Below, piece by piece: positions 28,004-38,550 of a stretch of DNA of 64,000 nucleotides (position 1 is its first letter; each line of letters opens with the position of its first letter). Source of the DNA: Candidatus Binatia bacterium (GTDB lineage: Bacteria; Desulfobacterota; Binatia; HRBIN30); the NCBI GenBank assembly GCA_026415395.1, contig JAOAHD010000003.1:135195-199194 (forward strand). The letters are read 5' to 3'. The position numbers and the translations under genes were made by a program. Below the pieces are notes generated by a model. That model was given only the letters and a program-made list of their open reading frames with translations. It did no database searches and was not told the DNA's origin.

Positions 28004-28926
28004 GCGTTCGCGTGCGCATCGCGACTCGTGGCAGCAGGCTGGCGCTGACACAAAGCGAATCCGTTGCACAGCTCATCCGCCAGGCCAGGCCGGAATGGAC
28101 GGTTGAGTTGGTTTCCGTGCGAACTGCGGGGGACCGTTTTGTGAACCGACCGCTCAGCGAAATTGGCGGCAAAGGCTTGTTTGTGAAAGAAATCGAAGAG
28201 GTGTTGCTTCGCGGCGAGGCCGAGTGCGCTGTGCATTCCGCGAAAGATCTGCCGGCGCGTCTGACAGAGCGGCTGGTGATTGCAGCCGTCCCTCCTCGTG
28301 CAGACGTGGAAGATGTACTCGTAACCCCTCAGGGACACGCTCTCCATGAACTTCCTCCGGGTTGTACCCTTGGTACCAGTAGCCCACGGCGGGCCGCATT
28401 ACTTCGTTGGTTACGCCCCGACGTACAGGTTGTTCCTCTGCGTGGCAACGTGGAAACGAGATTGGAGAAGATGACGCGAGGCGAAGTGGACGGAGTTCTT
28501 TTAGCCTTGGCAGGGTTACGCCGTTTGGGAATCTCGAATTTGGGAATGGTACGATTAAATCCAGCGTTCTTTCTTCCAGCAGTCGGCCAAGGCGCTTTGG
28601 TGGTCGAGACAAGGGCCGACGTTTGGGCAGAGCAATTGCGTTTTCTCCACGACGCTGTTGCCGGCTTTGCGTTGGCGGCGGAGAGGGCTTTCCTCAGCAC
28701 TATCGGAGGAACTTGCCATACGTCTGTCGGGACGTACAGCATTGTCGAGGACGGAAACATCACGCTGCACGGTGTGGTGGCCGACCCGAACGGACACCAA
28801 ATTGTGCGTGGCGTTTGTAAGGGAACCCTAAAGGAAGCGACAAGCGTGGGCATGGCGCTAGGCCACCAGCTCCTTGCCTGCGGGGCGTCTCAGATCCTTG
28901 CGGGGGATCGGCCGAGCTCAAAGTGA
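28000..28926 (+). CDS. hemC: Hydroxymethylbilane synthase (porphobilinogen deaminase)
   Basis: ATRGSRLALTQ, GGKGLFVKE, VHSAKDLP, GTSSPRR, RGNVETRL. Confidence 0.97.
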   Translation: MSVRVRIATRGSRLALTQSESVAQLIRQARPEWTVELVSVRTAGDRFVNRPLSEIGGKGLFVKEIEEVLLRGEAECAVHSAKDLPARLTERLVIAAVPPRADVEDVLVTPQGHALHELPPGCTLGTSSPRRAALLRWLRPDVQVVPLRGNVETRLEKMTRGEVDGVLLALAGLRRLGISNLGMVRLNPAFFLPAVGQGALVVETRADVWAEQLRFLHDAVAGFALAAERAFLSTIGGTCHTSVGTYSIVEDGNITLHGVVADPNGHQIVRGVCKGTLKEATSVGMALGHQLLACGASQILAGDRPSSK

Positions 28927-28936
28927 GGGGGAAGCC

Positions 28937-30472
28937 ATGCGCGGCAAAATTGCCCTCGTAGGAGCTGGCCCGGGCGATGTCGGACTGATTACGTTGCGAG
29001 GACTAGAATGGATTCGCCGTGCCGACGTGATTGTGTACGATTACCTGGTTAATCCGAGTTTGCTCGACTGGGTAAAACCCGGCGCCGAATTGATCCTCGC
29101 GGGAAAGCACGGCGGAGGCTCGCGGGTCGAACAAGGTGAGATCACGAAAATCCTCGTAACGCAGGCGAAGGCTGGCAAAACGGTAGTGCGCCTCAAAGGA
29201 GGCGATCCTTTCGTGTTTGGCCGCGGAGGTGAAGAGGCGGAAGCAGCAAGAGATGCAGGTGTAGAATTCGAAGTTGTTCCCGGTGTGACGTCCGCCTTAG
29301 CCGTCCCGGCCTATGCGGGGATTCCCGTGACGCATCGCGAGCTCTCTTCTTCGATCGTGATTGCCACCGGTTATGAATACCCTAATAAGCCTCAGCTCGC
29401 TGTACCCTGGCAGCATCTCGGACATCGCAGCCAAACCCTGGTCTTGCTGATGACCCAGCGGCAACTCCGCAAAAATATTGAGCGGCTATTGGCGATAGGT
29501 CGTGAGCCGGACACTCCGGTCGCAGTGATCCAGTGGGGGACACGCGCGCGCCAGCGGACGGTCGTTGGCGTTCTGGGTGATATTGCGGATCAGGTAGAGG
29601 CAGCAGGACTTCGGCCCCCGGTTGTAGCCGTGATTGGCGATGTCGTGCAGCTGCGTCATCGGCTAAGCTGGTTTGAAAAGAAACCCTTGTTTGGCAAAAC
29701 GGTCCTGATTACGCGGCCGAGGTTGGAGGCCAAAGAGCTTGCCGATCAGTTTCGTGACTTGGGTGCCGAGGCGATCGTGTTTCCAACCATTGAAATCGTT
29801 CCTCCTGAATCCTTCGATGCGCTCGACGGCGCATTGGCAACCCCCGGCCGGTTCAACTGGGTCGTCTTTACGAGCGCGAATGGCGTCCGGGCCTTTGTTG
29901 ATCGGCTGCGCGCTTTGCGCCGAGACATCCGCGAGTGGCACCACGCTCGAATCGCGGCGATCGGACCGCAGACAGCGAAGACGGTGGAACGTTTCGCACT
30001 GCGGGTGGATGTCGTAGCGTCTGACTACCGAGCGGAGGGGCTGGTGCAGGTGTTCGCTAGTTTAGGTGTGCGGGGGCAGTCTTTTCTGCTTCCGCGCGCG
30101 GCGGGTGCGCGCGCGGTGTTGCCGGAAAGTTTAGTTGCCTTGGGGGCCGAGGTCGTGGAGGTCGAAGCCTACCGCAGTGTAGTTCCCTGCGCCGTGAATG
30201 CTCCACTCGTAGCCGACGCGGTTCGCTACAAAGCAGTTGATCTCGTGATTTTTACAAGCTCGAGCACCGTGCGTCACTTTGTGCAGCTGGTCTTTGAACA
30301 ACAAGGTGTCCCCGTGCAGGGACTGCCGGTAGCGTGTATCGGGCCGGTGACGAGCGAGACGGCACGCAATTACGGGATGGATGTTCGAGTCGAACCCGAG
30401 AAATTCACCGTGCCGGCACTTGTGGATGCCGTAGTGCGCTACTTTGGCAGTAGTTCGAAAGGAGAGTGCTGA
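28937..30472 (+). CDS. cobA: Fused uroporphyrinogen-III C-methyltransferase / uroporphyrinogen-III synthase (CobA-HemD)
   Basis: [28 protein letters not shown], then HemD motifs [22 protein letters not shown]. Confidence 0.95.
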   Translation: MRGKIALVGAGPGDVGLITLRGLEWIRRADVIVYDYLVNPSLLDWVKPGAELILAGKHGGGSRVEQGEITKILVTQAKAGKTVVRLKGGDPFVFGRGGEEAEAARDAGVEFEVVPGVTSALAVPAYAGIPVTHRELSSSIVIATGYEYPNKPQLAVPWQHLGHRSQTLVLLMTQRQLRKNIERLLAIGREPDTPVAVIQWGTRARQRTVVGVLGDIADQVEAAGLRPPVVAVIGDVVQLRHRLSWFEKKPLFGKTVLITRPRLEAKELADQFRDLGAEAIVFPTIEIVPPESFDALDGALATPGRFNWVVFTSANGVRAFVDRLRALRRDIREWHHARIAAIGPQTAKTVERFALRVDVVASDYRAEGLVQVFASLGVRGQSFLLPRAAGARAVLPESLVALGAEVVEVEAYRSVVPCAVNAPLVADAVRYKAVDLVIFTSSSTVRHFVQLVFEQQGVPVQGLPVACIGPVTSETARNYGMDVRVEPEKFTVPALVDAVVRYFGSSSKGEC

Positions 30473-31449
30473 TGCCTTTTCCAGAGGTTCGAATGCGTCG
30501 ACTGCGGCGCGCAGAGGGGCTCCGTCGACTCGTCAGAGAGGCGACGGTGGCTGTTGATGATTTGGTTCAGCCTCTTTTTGTTGCCCCTGGCCGTGGCGTG
30601 ACCCAGCCGGTACAGAGCATGTCTGGTGTGGCGCGGTTGTCTGTTGACCGTGCCGTTGAAGAGTGCCGCCGAATCGTGGACCTGGGAATTCCAGCGGTCA
30701 TTTTATTTGGAATCCCAGAATTTAAGGATGCAACCGGGTCTAGCGCGTGGCGTGAAGACGGTGTCGTCCAGCAAGCCGTGAGGGCGATTAAACGTGACGT
30801 CCCGGATCTGGTCGTGATCACGGATGTTTGCCTGTGCGAGTACACGGACCACGGCCATTGCGGCGTGGTCGCGGGGACAGATGTGGATAACGACGCTACC
30901 CTTGACCTGCTGGCAAAAACGGCGGTTTCTCATGCGCAGGCCGGTGCAGACATGGTTGCTCCTTCCGACATGATGGATGGACGAATTGCCGCCATCCGAG
31001 AAGCATTGGACTCCGAGGGTTTTGAACACATTCCGATTCTTTCTTACGCCGCCAAGTTTGCCTCGGCGTTCTATGGCCCGTTTCGGGAGGCCGCAGGCTC
31101 GGCGCCTGCCTTTGGTGATCGCCGAACTTATCAAATGGACCCGGCAAACGGGAACGAGGCGCTGCGCGAAGTTGAGCTCGACTTAGACGAGGGCGCCGAC
31201 GTCGTAATGGTCAAACCGGCTATGCCCTACTTGGATGTCGTATGGAGGGTCAAAGAGGCCTTTGGCTGTCCGGTGGCCGCCTACCAGGTGAGCGGCGAGT
31301 ACGCGATGATCCAGGCACTCGTGCAATCGGGTTTGGTCGATGAGAAGCGGGCAATTTTAGAGAGCCTCATCGCAATTCGGCGTGCAGGGGCGGATTTCAT
31401 CCTCACGTACTTCGCTGCGAAGGTAGCTGCGTGGCTGCGGTCCTCTTAG
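30472..31449 (+). CDS. hemB: Porphobilinogen synthase (ALA dehydratase), Zn-Cys type
   Basis: [43 protein letters not shown]. Confidence 0.97.
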   Translation: MPFPEVRMRRLRRAEGLRRLVREATVAVDDLVQPLFVAPGRGVTQPVQSMSGVARLSVDRAVEECRRIVDLGIPAVILFGIPEFKDATGSSAWREDGVVQQAVRAIKRDVPDLVVITDVCLCEYTDHGHCGVVAGTDVDNDATLDLLAKTAVSHAQAGADMVAPSDMMDGRIAAIREALDSEGFEHIPILSYAAKFASAFYGPFREAAGSAPAFGDRRTYQMDPANGNEALREVELDLDEGADVVMVKPAMPYLDVVWRVKEAFGCPVAAYQVSGEYAMIQALVQSGLVDEKRAILESLIAIRRAGADFILTYFAAKVAAWLRSS

Positions 31450-31494
31450 GAATAGCGAAAATCGAGAAGTAGATTTCCGCGCGCGGAAACCAGC

Positions 31495-31524
31495 TTGCCG
31501 CTTCTTGGCAGGTGCGACTAAGCT
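31495..31524 (+). promoter_or_regulatory. Possible sigma70 promoter of infA
   Basis: TTGCCG-N18-TAAGCT, followed by an AT-rich leader and AAGGAGGAGG RBS. Confidence 0.3.
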
Positions 31525-31577
31525 TTGCTAGCTTTTGTAACTAGCTTACTTGATTAATAAGGAGGAGGTTCTACTGA

Positions 31578-31796
31578 GTGAGTCGTGAGGATCTAATTCA
31601 GATTGAAGGCACCGTGAAGGAAGTTCTCGCAGGCGGTCAATTCTTAGTGGAATCCGACAAAGGGCAAAAGTTCATAGCGAAGATTGGTGGGCGCATGCGT
31701 CGTTATCACATCCGCGTCATCCCCGGGGACCGCGTGACTGTGGCTGTTTCCCCTTATGACCCTTCGCATGGCCTGATTATGTACCGGAGCAGCTAG
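31578..31796 (+). CDS. infA: Translation initiation factor IF-1
   Basis: 72 aa, IQIEGTV, GRMRRYHIRVIPGDRVTVAVSPYD. Confidence 0.97.
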   Translation: MSREDLIQIEGTVKEVLAGGQFLVESDKGQKFIAKIGGRMRRYHIRVIPGDRVTVAVSPYDPSHGLIMYRSS

Positions 31797-32340
31797 AATC
31801 CATCGGGGTTGCTATTCGCACTGCGCGGCGCGTTAGCTGGCCATCCAAAGCCGGGCGATGTGGCGCGGTTTGCCAAACCGTGTCGCCGGGAATTAGGTTG
31901 GCTGCCCTCTTTTACCGAGGGCCCGTTTACTCAGGACTCCCTCAAAAGGTACAGTTCTGCAGATAAGCTGTAGGCTTGGAGGCCAACTGCTTGGCATTTC
32001 GAGCCTCCGAATCTTTCCGCGCAACATCCATTGGTAGGTGGCTGAGCACCATCGGGAGGCTCCCCGATGCCCGACCGCCTTTCATGCAAGATGCCCTGCT
32101 GGCAGAGCTAGTTTGCGGGCTCTGTTCCTGTCTTCCTGGTGGTGGTTCGCAGGTCAGTGCGGAGTTGTCGCTTGACGGGTGGCGCGCTGGTCATCTGTTC
32201 GGCTCCTCCGTGCGCTTGCCCGTCTGAAGTGGGTTCCGCGTGTGCGCGGTATGTCCTTCGAGCGATCGTGATTTGGCGACGGGTATGCCCTTGGAGTCGA
32301 AACAGTTTTCTCGTGCTTGTGTCAAATCTTAGCTGTTACA

Positions 32341-34185
32341 ATGCCGGTGATGAGATCTGCGACCCGGGCGGCCCGAGCGTACCGTCGAGAACTGGAAATC
32401 TTGATGATCCGGCGTCAATTCGCGGGATTTTGGGTGGGGTGCGGCTTCGTTGGGCTGTTTGCGATTTTGGAGTCGCGCTTTTTTCCGGAGCGGATCCCTT
32501 ACCTAGCTGCATGGCTGCTTGGCGCTGCTTCGCCGATGCTGTTGGTTTTGTGGCTGCGCCGAGTTTTACTGCGACGGTTCATGGTATCCTGGGCAACGGC
32601 AGTTGCCCTCGGGGTTACGCTGCTCACTTTGGTCGGCTACGCGGCAACCGTGGGGGCTGACTCTGCCGTTACTGGGGCGCAAGTGATGGTCGGGTTGCTC
32701 GTCGCTGCCGTGGTTTTCCCATGGCCGGCAGCGTGTCAGCTTGCGGCAGGGCTTCCGCCCTTGGTGGCCTATGGTTGGCTGGCTTGGATCCAACCTTCTG
32801 TCGCACCTGCTCCTTACATCCTTGCTGTTGTAGGCACGGCGGTTGCCGCATCTGTTTTAGTGGCGCGCCACCTTGACCTACAGCGTTGGGCGATTTTTCG
32901 CGAGTCACGGGCGCGGGACGAAGCGATGGTCGTTACCCGCTCTCTGCTGAAGATGGCCCGTGAGCTGGGCTCGGCGGTGGACCCGCGAGTGGTTCTCGAC
33001 CGTATCGTTCACCGCGCGAGGGCACTGTTGCATGCCGACTGGTGTGTAATTCTACTCCGTGCACCGGACACGACGACGTTTCGCATCGCGGCGGGCTCTG
33101 CTCTACGGTTGGATCTCTTGGAGGAGGCAACAGGCCTCGAGTTTAGGATCGAGGACTACCCTACCCTGCACGGGCTTTCGGATCCCGCCACGCTTGTGGA
33201 AGTCTCTAGGCGAAATCCACCGGATGCTCGGTGGAGGGCGTTGATGCGATACTTCCGAACACGCGCCATGGTGGTTGCACCAATGGACCTGAGTGACCGT
33301 GTCATTGGTCTGCTGGCCGTTGGTCGCGGTGCGACCGATGAAGGCTTTCCTCCGCGTGACCACCGCATCTTACAAGGCATCGCCCGACAAGCGGCTATTG
33401 CATTGGAAAACGCCCGTTTGTTTTCCGATCTCGAGAAGGCCAATCGCTTAAAGTCAGAATTTGTCGCGACCATGTCTCATGAGTTGCGCACGCCTCTAAA
33501 CATTGTCATCGGTTACGCCGACCTCCTTGCGGAACATGCGTTTGGCCCAGTCCCCGAGGCAGCGGCGGAGCCCCTCGAACGCATCCGTGAGCAAGGTCGC
33601 GAACTGTTGCAGTTGATCGACGCGACCTTGGACGTCAACCGGCTCGAATCAGGAAACGTCGCTCTTGACATCACTGAGGAGCGATTGAGCAAGTTCATGG
33701 CTGGACTCACGGAGCAGCTCCTGCGTTTACCTCGGGCAGCGGCCGTCGAATTTAAAGCCATGGTCCTCGCCGACGGTTGGGTGCGCACGGACGTTAATAA
33801 GGTGGCCATTATTCTGAAAAACCTAGTGGGGAATGCACTGAAATTCACTAGCGAGGGAGAGGTTCGCCTAGAAGCGGCGGTGCTCAATAGTGGCACCGTC
33901 CGATTTGTCGTGGAGGACACCGGTCCAGGGATTCCGGAAGCGGAACAGGAGAGGGTCTTTGATATGTTTTACCAAGTCCAACGCCCGGGGGAGCTTCCGC
34001 GAGGCGTGGGGCTTGGCTTGTACATCGTTCGCCAGTTTGTTTCGCTCGTGGGCGGGACGGTTGCATTGCGAAGCGAAGAGCGGAAGGGCACGACATTTGT
34101 TGTTGAAATCCCAGCGGCACGCCGCGTCACTGAGGCCTCCACGCATCCCGAATCGACGCGTCCCGAGCTGGTGCGGCACGATTAA
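32341..34185 (+). CDS. Membrane-bound GAF-domain sensor histidine kinase; start approximate
   Basis: About 5 TM helices, GAF ending QAAIALENARLF, H-box ATMSHELRTPLN, NLVGNALKFT, DTGPGI, GLGL. Confidence 0.93.
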   Translation: MPVMRSATRAARAYRRELEILMIRRQFAGFWVGCGFVGLFAILESRFFPERIPYLAAWLLGAASPMLLVLWLRRVLLRRFMVSWATAVALGVTLLTLVGYAATVGADSAVTGAQVMVGLLVAAVVFPWPAACQLAAGLPPLVAYGWLAWIQPSVAPAPYILAVVGTAVAASVLVARHLDLQRWAIFRESRARDEAMVVTRSLLKMARELGSAVDPRVVLDRIVHRARALLHADWCVILLRAPDTTTFRIAAGSALRLDLLEEATGLEFRIEDYPTLHGLSDPATLVEVSRRNPPDARWRALMRYFRTRAMVVAPMDLSDRVIGLLAVGRGATDEGFPPRDHRILQGIARQAAIALENARLFSDLEKANRLKSEFVATMSHELRTPLNIVIGYADLLAEHAFGPVPEAAAEPLERIREQGRELLQLIDATLDVNRLESGNVALDITEERLSKFMAGLTEQLLRLPRAAAVEFKAMVLADGWVRTDVNKVAIILKNLVGNALKFTSEGEVRLEAAVLNSGTVRFVVEDTGPGIPEAEQERVFDMFYQVQRPGELPRGVGLGLYIVRQFVSLVGGTVALRSEERKGTTFVVEIPAARRVTEASTHPESTRPELVRHD

Positions 34186-34414
34186 GGTGCGAGGTTAGGC
34201 TTTGTGCGTGCGAGCACCGCCTTCTCTGACAAGCAGAGGGACGGTTTGGACTGCCCCAGGCGAGAGCGTTTTGCAGCGTTCAGGCTCGATTTACGGAGAG
34301 GTCCGACAAACGTGTCAGCGTTGGCGAGGAGACGCGGAGCTTCCACGAAATTGCTGGCGTTTCCCGCTTTGTTGCGACGACAGCCCCCGAGGGTAACGGT
34401 GCTCTGTGTTGTAG

Positions 34415-34858
34415 CTACTTTTTTCGACGGGCGCCCGGGGGAGACGCTTGAAGCTTGGCTGCTCGCTTTTGTTTTGTTGCCCGTGCTTTGGTGGTGGCGG
34501 CCGGAGACTTACCCGACTTCCTCGCCGTTGAGGCTCTTCCGGATGAGCCTGTTTTTCGGTGCTGTCCAATCTTCGGCACCGTAGCCCGTTTGGCTTTGGG
34601 CTCCCTTTGACTGGTCCGACCTTCGGCTTGGGGGAGAACCTGGTATTTCACCTTGCTTGCTAACTGCCCGAAAAGAATGCTCAGCATGTTAGCATCTCGG
34701 CTCGCCAAAGCATCGTTGAGCCTCTGAGAGTGGTCCTCGAGATATGTAAGCGCGTAGCGGCGCCCCCCCACCTCGACCGTATCTGGCACCCGCTCCTTAG
34801 TACGGATGATACGAACAATTTCCTGAAGGATCTCTTTGTCGAGGGGCGTGGTGGTCAA
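34415..34858 (-). CDS. Hypothetical protein with small helical N-terminal domain and Lys/Arg/Ala-rich tail
   Basis: 147-aa TTG ORF with a natural-looking N-terminal domain and basic low-complexity C-terminus. Confidence 0.65.
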   Translation of the reverse strand: MTTTPLDKEILQEIVRIIRTKERVPDTVEVGGRRYALTYLEDHSQRLNDALASRDANMLSILFGQLASKVKYQVLPQAEGRTSQREPKAKRATVPKIGQHRKTGSSGRASTARKSGKSPAATTKARATKQKRAAKLQASPPGARRKK

Positions 34859-35057
34859 CCTCAGGTCTCCCTTTCACCGCGGCAGTTGCCGCATCGCCGC
34901 AATCCGATAGCATGAAATTCAAGGCAACGAAAGCAAAAAGATCCTGTTCGGGTTTTGGCCTGCCCCCGGTCCCGTACCTCTCACGGAAGCCTCGATGGAG
35001 GGTGTTCAGGGTTGTCTAGCGTCCGCCTTTCGTGAGGTACCCCCTGCCTGAGCGCGC

Positions 35058-35435
35058 TCAAGAGTGTCCTGGGCGCCGTTCAAGCTCTTCTTGCTCCGCC
35101 TTACAGTTGACGCAGAAAGTGGTCACCGGGCGGACCCGAAGCCGATTGAATCCGATCGGTGCATCGCAAGATTCGCAATATCCGTACTCGCCCGACTCGA
35201 TACGGCCGAGTGCTTCGTCGATTTTAGACAGCAGTTTCCGCTCGCGGTCCCGGACACGCAACAGCGCGATGTGATCTGCCTCAATGGATGCGCGGTCGCT
35301 CGGGTCGGGCGTATTGACCGTGTTGGCATTGAGTCCCCCAACAGTCTTCGTGGCTTCCGCGAGAATTTCCGCCCGGCGTTGTAGCAACAATTCCCGCAGC
35401 ACCGCAATTTGCTCTGCGGTCAACGAACCGCTCAT
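35058..35435 (-). CDS. dksA: RNA polymerase-binding protein DksA
   Basis: DPSDRA coiled-coil tip (DxxDxA), RDRERKLL, YGYCESC...CVNC zinc finger; AAAGG RBS. Confidence 0.94.
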   Translation of the reverse strand: MSGSLTAEQIAVLRELLLQRRAEILAEATKTVGGLNANTVNTPDPSDRASIEADHIALLRVRDRERKLLSKIDEALGRIESGEYGYCESCDAPIGFNRLRVRPVTTFCVNCKAEQEELERRPGHS

Positions 35436-35493
35436 CCTTTCGGCTGGCACGGGCTGACTCCGTACCACTGCGAGCGGCAACAGTAAAGCGGAA

Positions 35494-36657
35494 CTAAGAC
35501 GCTAAGCTCGCGACCGCGGATCGAGCGTGCCGCCGCGCCCATTGGTCCGCTTCGAGAACACGGTCCAAACTAGAGACCTCTCTCGGTTCATGTGCGTGAA
35601 GCACTGCCTCAACGATTTCAGGAATGTCCACGAAACGAATGCTGCGGGAAAGGAAAGCCGCAACCGCCTCTTCGTTGGCAGCATTAAGCACGGCGGGCGC
35701 CGTTCCCCCGCGCGCCAGTGCCTCATATGCAAGTTGCAGACATGGGAACCGCTCAGGATCCGGCGACTCAAACTGAAGATGCCCAGCGCGCGCTAAGTCG
35801 AGGCGGGGGAGGTAATCGAGTGGGAGCCGGTCGGGATAACCGAGTACGTAGGCAATCGGAATCGACATGTCGGGGATGCCGAGCTGCGCCAGCAAGGATC
35901 CGTCTTGGTACTCGACAAAAGAATGGACGATGCTTTGTGGGTGAATGACAACGTCAATGCGCTCTCGTTCGAGGCCAAAAAGCCAGTGTGCCTCGATCAC
36001 CTCCAGCCCTTTGTTCATCAGCGTCGCCGAGTCGACGGTAATTTTGGCCCCCATTTTCCATGTCGGATGCTGCAGTGCCTGGTCCGGAGTCACGTGCACA
36101 AGTTCCTCCTTGGGTGTTCGCAAAAAGGGGCCGCCCGAGGCGGTTAAGATGATCCTGCGCACGTGTTCGGGGCGGTGTCCTCGGAGCGCCTGAAAAATTG
36201 CATTGTGCTCGCTGTCGATCGGCCACAGTGTTGCTCCCGTTTCTTTTGCGGCTCGGGTCACCAGAGGACCGGCAGCGACCAGTACCTCTTTGTTCGCTAA
36301 TGCGACTGCCTTTCCGAGTTGCACCGCCCGCAGCGTGGGGACGAGCCCAACTGCGCCGACCAGCGCAGAAACGACAAGCTCTGCCTCAGGCGCCGTGGCG
36401 CACAATTCAAGCCCTGATGGACCATGGACGACCTTGCCTCGAAAGTCCGGAAACCGCTGCCGAAATTCGTCTGCAGCGTCTTCAGACCCGACGGCAACGA
36501 GTCTGGGCTGAAACTTCCGTGCCTGGTCGACGAGTCGCTCCACGCGCGTCCCAGCCGCTAGGGCAACGACGCGAAACTTGTCGGGAAAACGACTGACCAC
36601 GTCAAGCGTCGTCGTCCCGATGGATCCTGTCGAACCAAGAATGCTGATTTGCTTCAT
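35494..36657 (-). CDS. dxr: 1-deoxy-D-xylulose-5-phosphate reductoisomerase
   Basis: LGSTGSIG, LANKE, PIDSEH, TASGGPF, HPTWKMGAKITVDSATLMNKGLE. Confidence 0.98.
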   Translation of the reverse strand: MKQISILGSTGSIGTTTLDVVSRFPDKFRVVALAAGTRVERLVDQARKFQPRLVAVGSEDAADEFRQRFPDFRGKVVHGPSGLELCATAPEAELVVSALVGAVGLVPTLRAVQLGKAVALANKEVLVAAGPLVTRAAKETGATLWPIDSEHNAIFQALRGHRPEHVRRIILTASGGPFLRTPKEELVHVTPDQALQHPTWKMGAKITVDSATLMNKGLEVIEAHWLFGLERERIDVVIHPQSIVHSFVEYQDGSLLAQLGIPDMSIPIAYVLGYPDRLPLDYLPRLDLARAGHLQFESPDPERFPCLQLAYEALARGGTAPAVLNAANEEAVAAFLSRSIRFVDIPEIVEAVLHAHEPREVSSLDRVLEADQWARRHARSAVASLAS

Positions 36658-36750
36658 GCGACCGCAGTCATCAAAACAACGGGCGATTATCCGTTCGGGG
36701 CGTTCTCAAAAACGCTCTTTCCCCATTCGCGAACAATAATGGAGAATGCT

Positions 36751-38370
36751 TCAGCAGACATCGCAAACAAACGGCTCTCCCGGCACCAAGATGGTATCGC
36801 GTTTCCAATGCAGGTCATCCCGCTGCGGATAGTTGATATTGTAGTGCAGGCCGCGGCTCTCCTTTCGGGCGATTGCGCACTTGATGATCAATTCTGCCAC
36901 TAAGGCGATGTTCCGGAGTTCGATCAAATCGGCCGTGATGAGAAAGTCCCAGTAGTATTGCTCGATCTCCTCTTGGAGAAGGCGAATGCGTTTGAAGGCG
37001 CGCGCCAGCCGGCGATTGGATCGGACAATGCCGACATAGTTCCACATCATGCGGCGCACCTCGTCCCAATTCTGGCTCACCACCACCATTTCATCGCTGT
37101 CTACGGCTTGTCCAGGGTTCCATTCTGGGAGATCGGGCAGGGGGTCGCGATCTTCTTGGACCAAGTGAACAGCCGCCATTGCGGCGCGGTGCCCAAACAC
37201 GAGTGCCTCGAGTAAAGAATTCGATGCCAGTCGATTTGCACCGTGTAAGCCCGTCATTGCCGTCTCCCCGGCCGCATACAGTCGGCGGATGTTCGTGGCC
37301 CCATCCTTATCCGTGATCGCTCCTCCGCAGCAATAATGGGCCGCCGGTACTACAGGAATCCACTCCCGCGTGATGTCGATTCCGTATTGAAGGCAGCGCT
37401 GGTAAATTAGAGGAAAGCGCTCACGCGTGAACCCCGGGTCTCGGTGAGTAATATCGAGGTAAACGCAGTCGTACCCATGCACCTTCATCTCGTTGTCGAT
37501 TGCTCGGGCAACAATGTCGCGAGGGGCAAGTTCTCTCCTGGCATCGTAATCCTGCATGAAGGCTCTACCGTCGGGAGTCCGTAACACTGCACCTTCGCCG
37601 CGCAGGGCCTCGGAAATTAAGAACGATTTTGCTTGCGGGTGGTACAAACACGTCGGATGAAATTGAAAGAACTCCATATTGGCAACGGGTACCCCTGCGC
37701 GGAACGCCATCGCAATGCCGTCGCCAGTGGCTACGTCGGGATTCGTTGTGTAGAGGTACACCTTGCCGGCACCGCCCGTCGCTAACAACGTCGCTCTCGC
37801 CTGAAACCGACAGACGGTGCCTTTGCTGATATCTAAGACGTAGGCACCCCAGCACTGAGGCTGGCGCGCAGTGGGACGGAATTTGGCGTCTATGAGCAAG
37901 TCTACCGCCAAGTGGCGCTCGAAAATGGCGATGCTTTCCTTCGAGCGTACGGCGGCCAGTAATGACCGCATGATCTCGTGTCCAGTTGCATCCGAGGCGT
38001 GCAGAATGCGTCGATGGGAGTGGCCGCCCTCTTGACCAAGGTCATACTCGCCGTCCGAATTGTTTTTCGTGTCGAAACGAGTTCCGAGCTCGATGAGCTC
38101 TCGGACATGCAGAGGACCCTCGCGGACAACGAGCTCAACGACATCTTCATGGCACAGCCCCGCACCTGCTTCGATGGTATCTCGTGCATGCTCTGCAAAT
38201 GAGTCTTCCGGACTCCACACGGAGGCAATACCGCCCTGTGCATATTCGGTCGCACTCTCCGGCAGGAAATCCTTGGTGATGACCGCAACACTACCGTATG
38301 GCGCGACTTTGAGAGCGAACGTCAACCCCGCCAATCCACTACCGATTACCAGGAAGTCGTAAGCATGCAC
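36751..38370 (-). CDS. nadB: L-aspartate oxidase
   Basis: GSGLAG, YAQGGIA, EGGHSHRRILH, EFFQFHPT, LHGANRLASNSLLE, RKESRGLHY; GTG start at 38370 (the longer ORF runs antisense over the tRNA). Confidence 0.96.
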   Translation of the reverse strand: MHAYDFLVIGSGLAGLTFALKVAPYGSVAVITKDFLPESATEYAQGGIASVWSPEDSFAEHARDTIEAGAGLCHEDVVELVVREGPLHVRELIELGTRFDTKNNSDGEYDLGQEGGHSHRRILHASDATGHEIMRSLLAAVRSKESIAIFERHLAVDLLIDAKFRPTARQPQCWGAYVLDISKGTVCRFQARATLLATGGAGKVYLYTTNPDVATGDGIAMAFRAGVPVANMEFFQFHPTCLYHPQAKSFLISEALRGEGAVLRTPDGRAFMQDYDARRELAPRDIVARAIDNEMKVHGYDCVYLDITHRDPGFTRERFPLIYQRCLQYGIDITREWIPVVPAAHYCCGGAITDKDGATNIRRLYAAGETAMTGLHGANRLASNSLLEALVFGHRAAMAAVHLVQEDRDPLPDLPEWNPGQAVDSDEMVVVSQNWDEVRRMMWNYVGIVRSNRRLARAFKRIRLLQEEIEQYYWDFLITADLIELRNIALVAELIIKCAIARKESRGLHYNINYPQRDDLHWKRDTILVPGEPFVCDVC

Positions 38371-38477
38371 AGTTTGTGCTGTATCACAGAAGGGCCACTG
38401 GCCGCCATGTCGAGAATGATCAGGGATGACCCTTGCGAGCGTGTTCCGGCTTGGGTATTCGACTCCCAGTGACTCAC

Positions 38478-38550
<73 letters not shown>

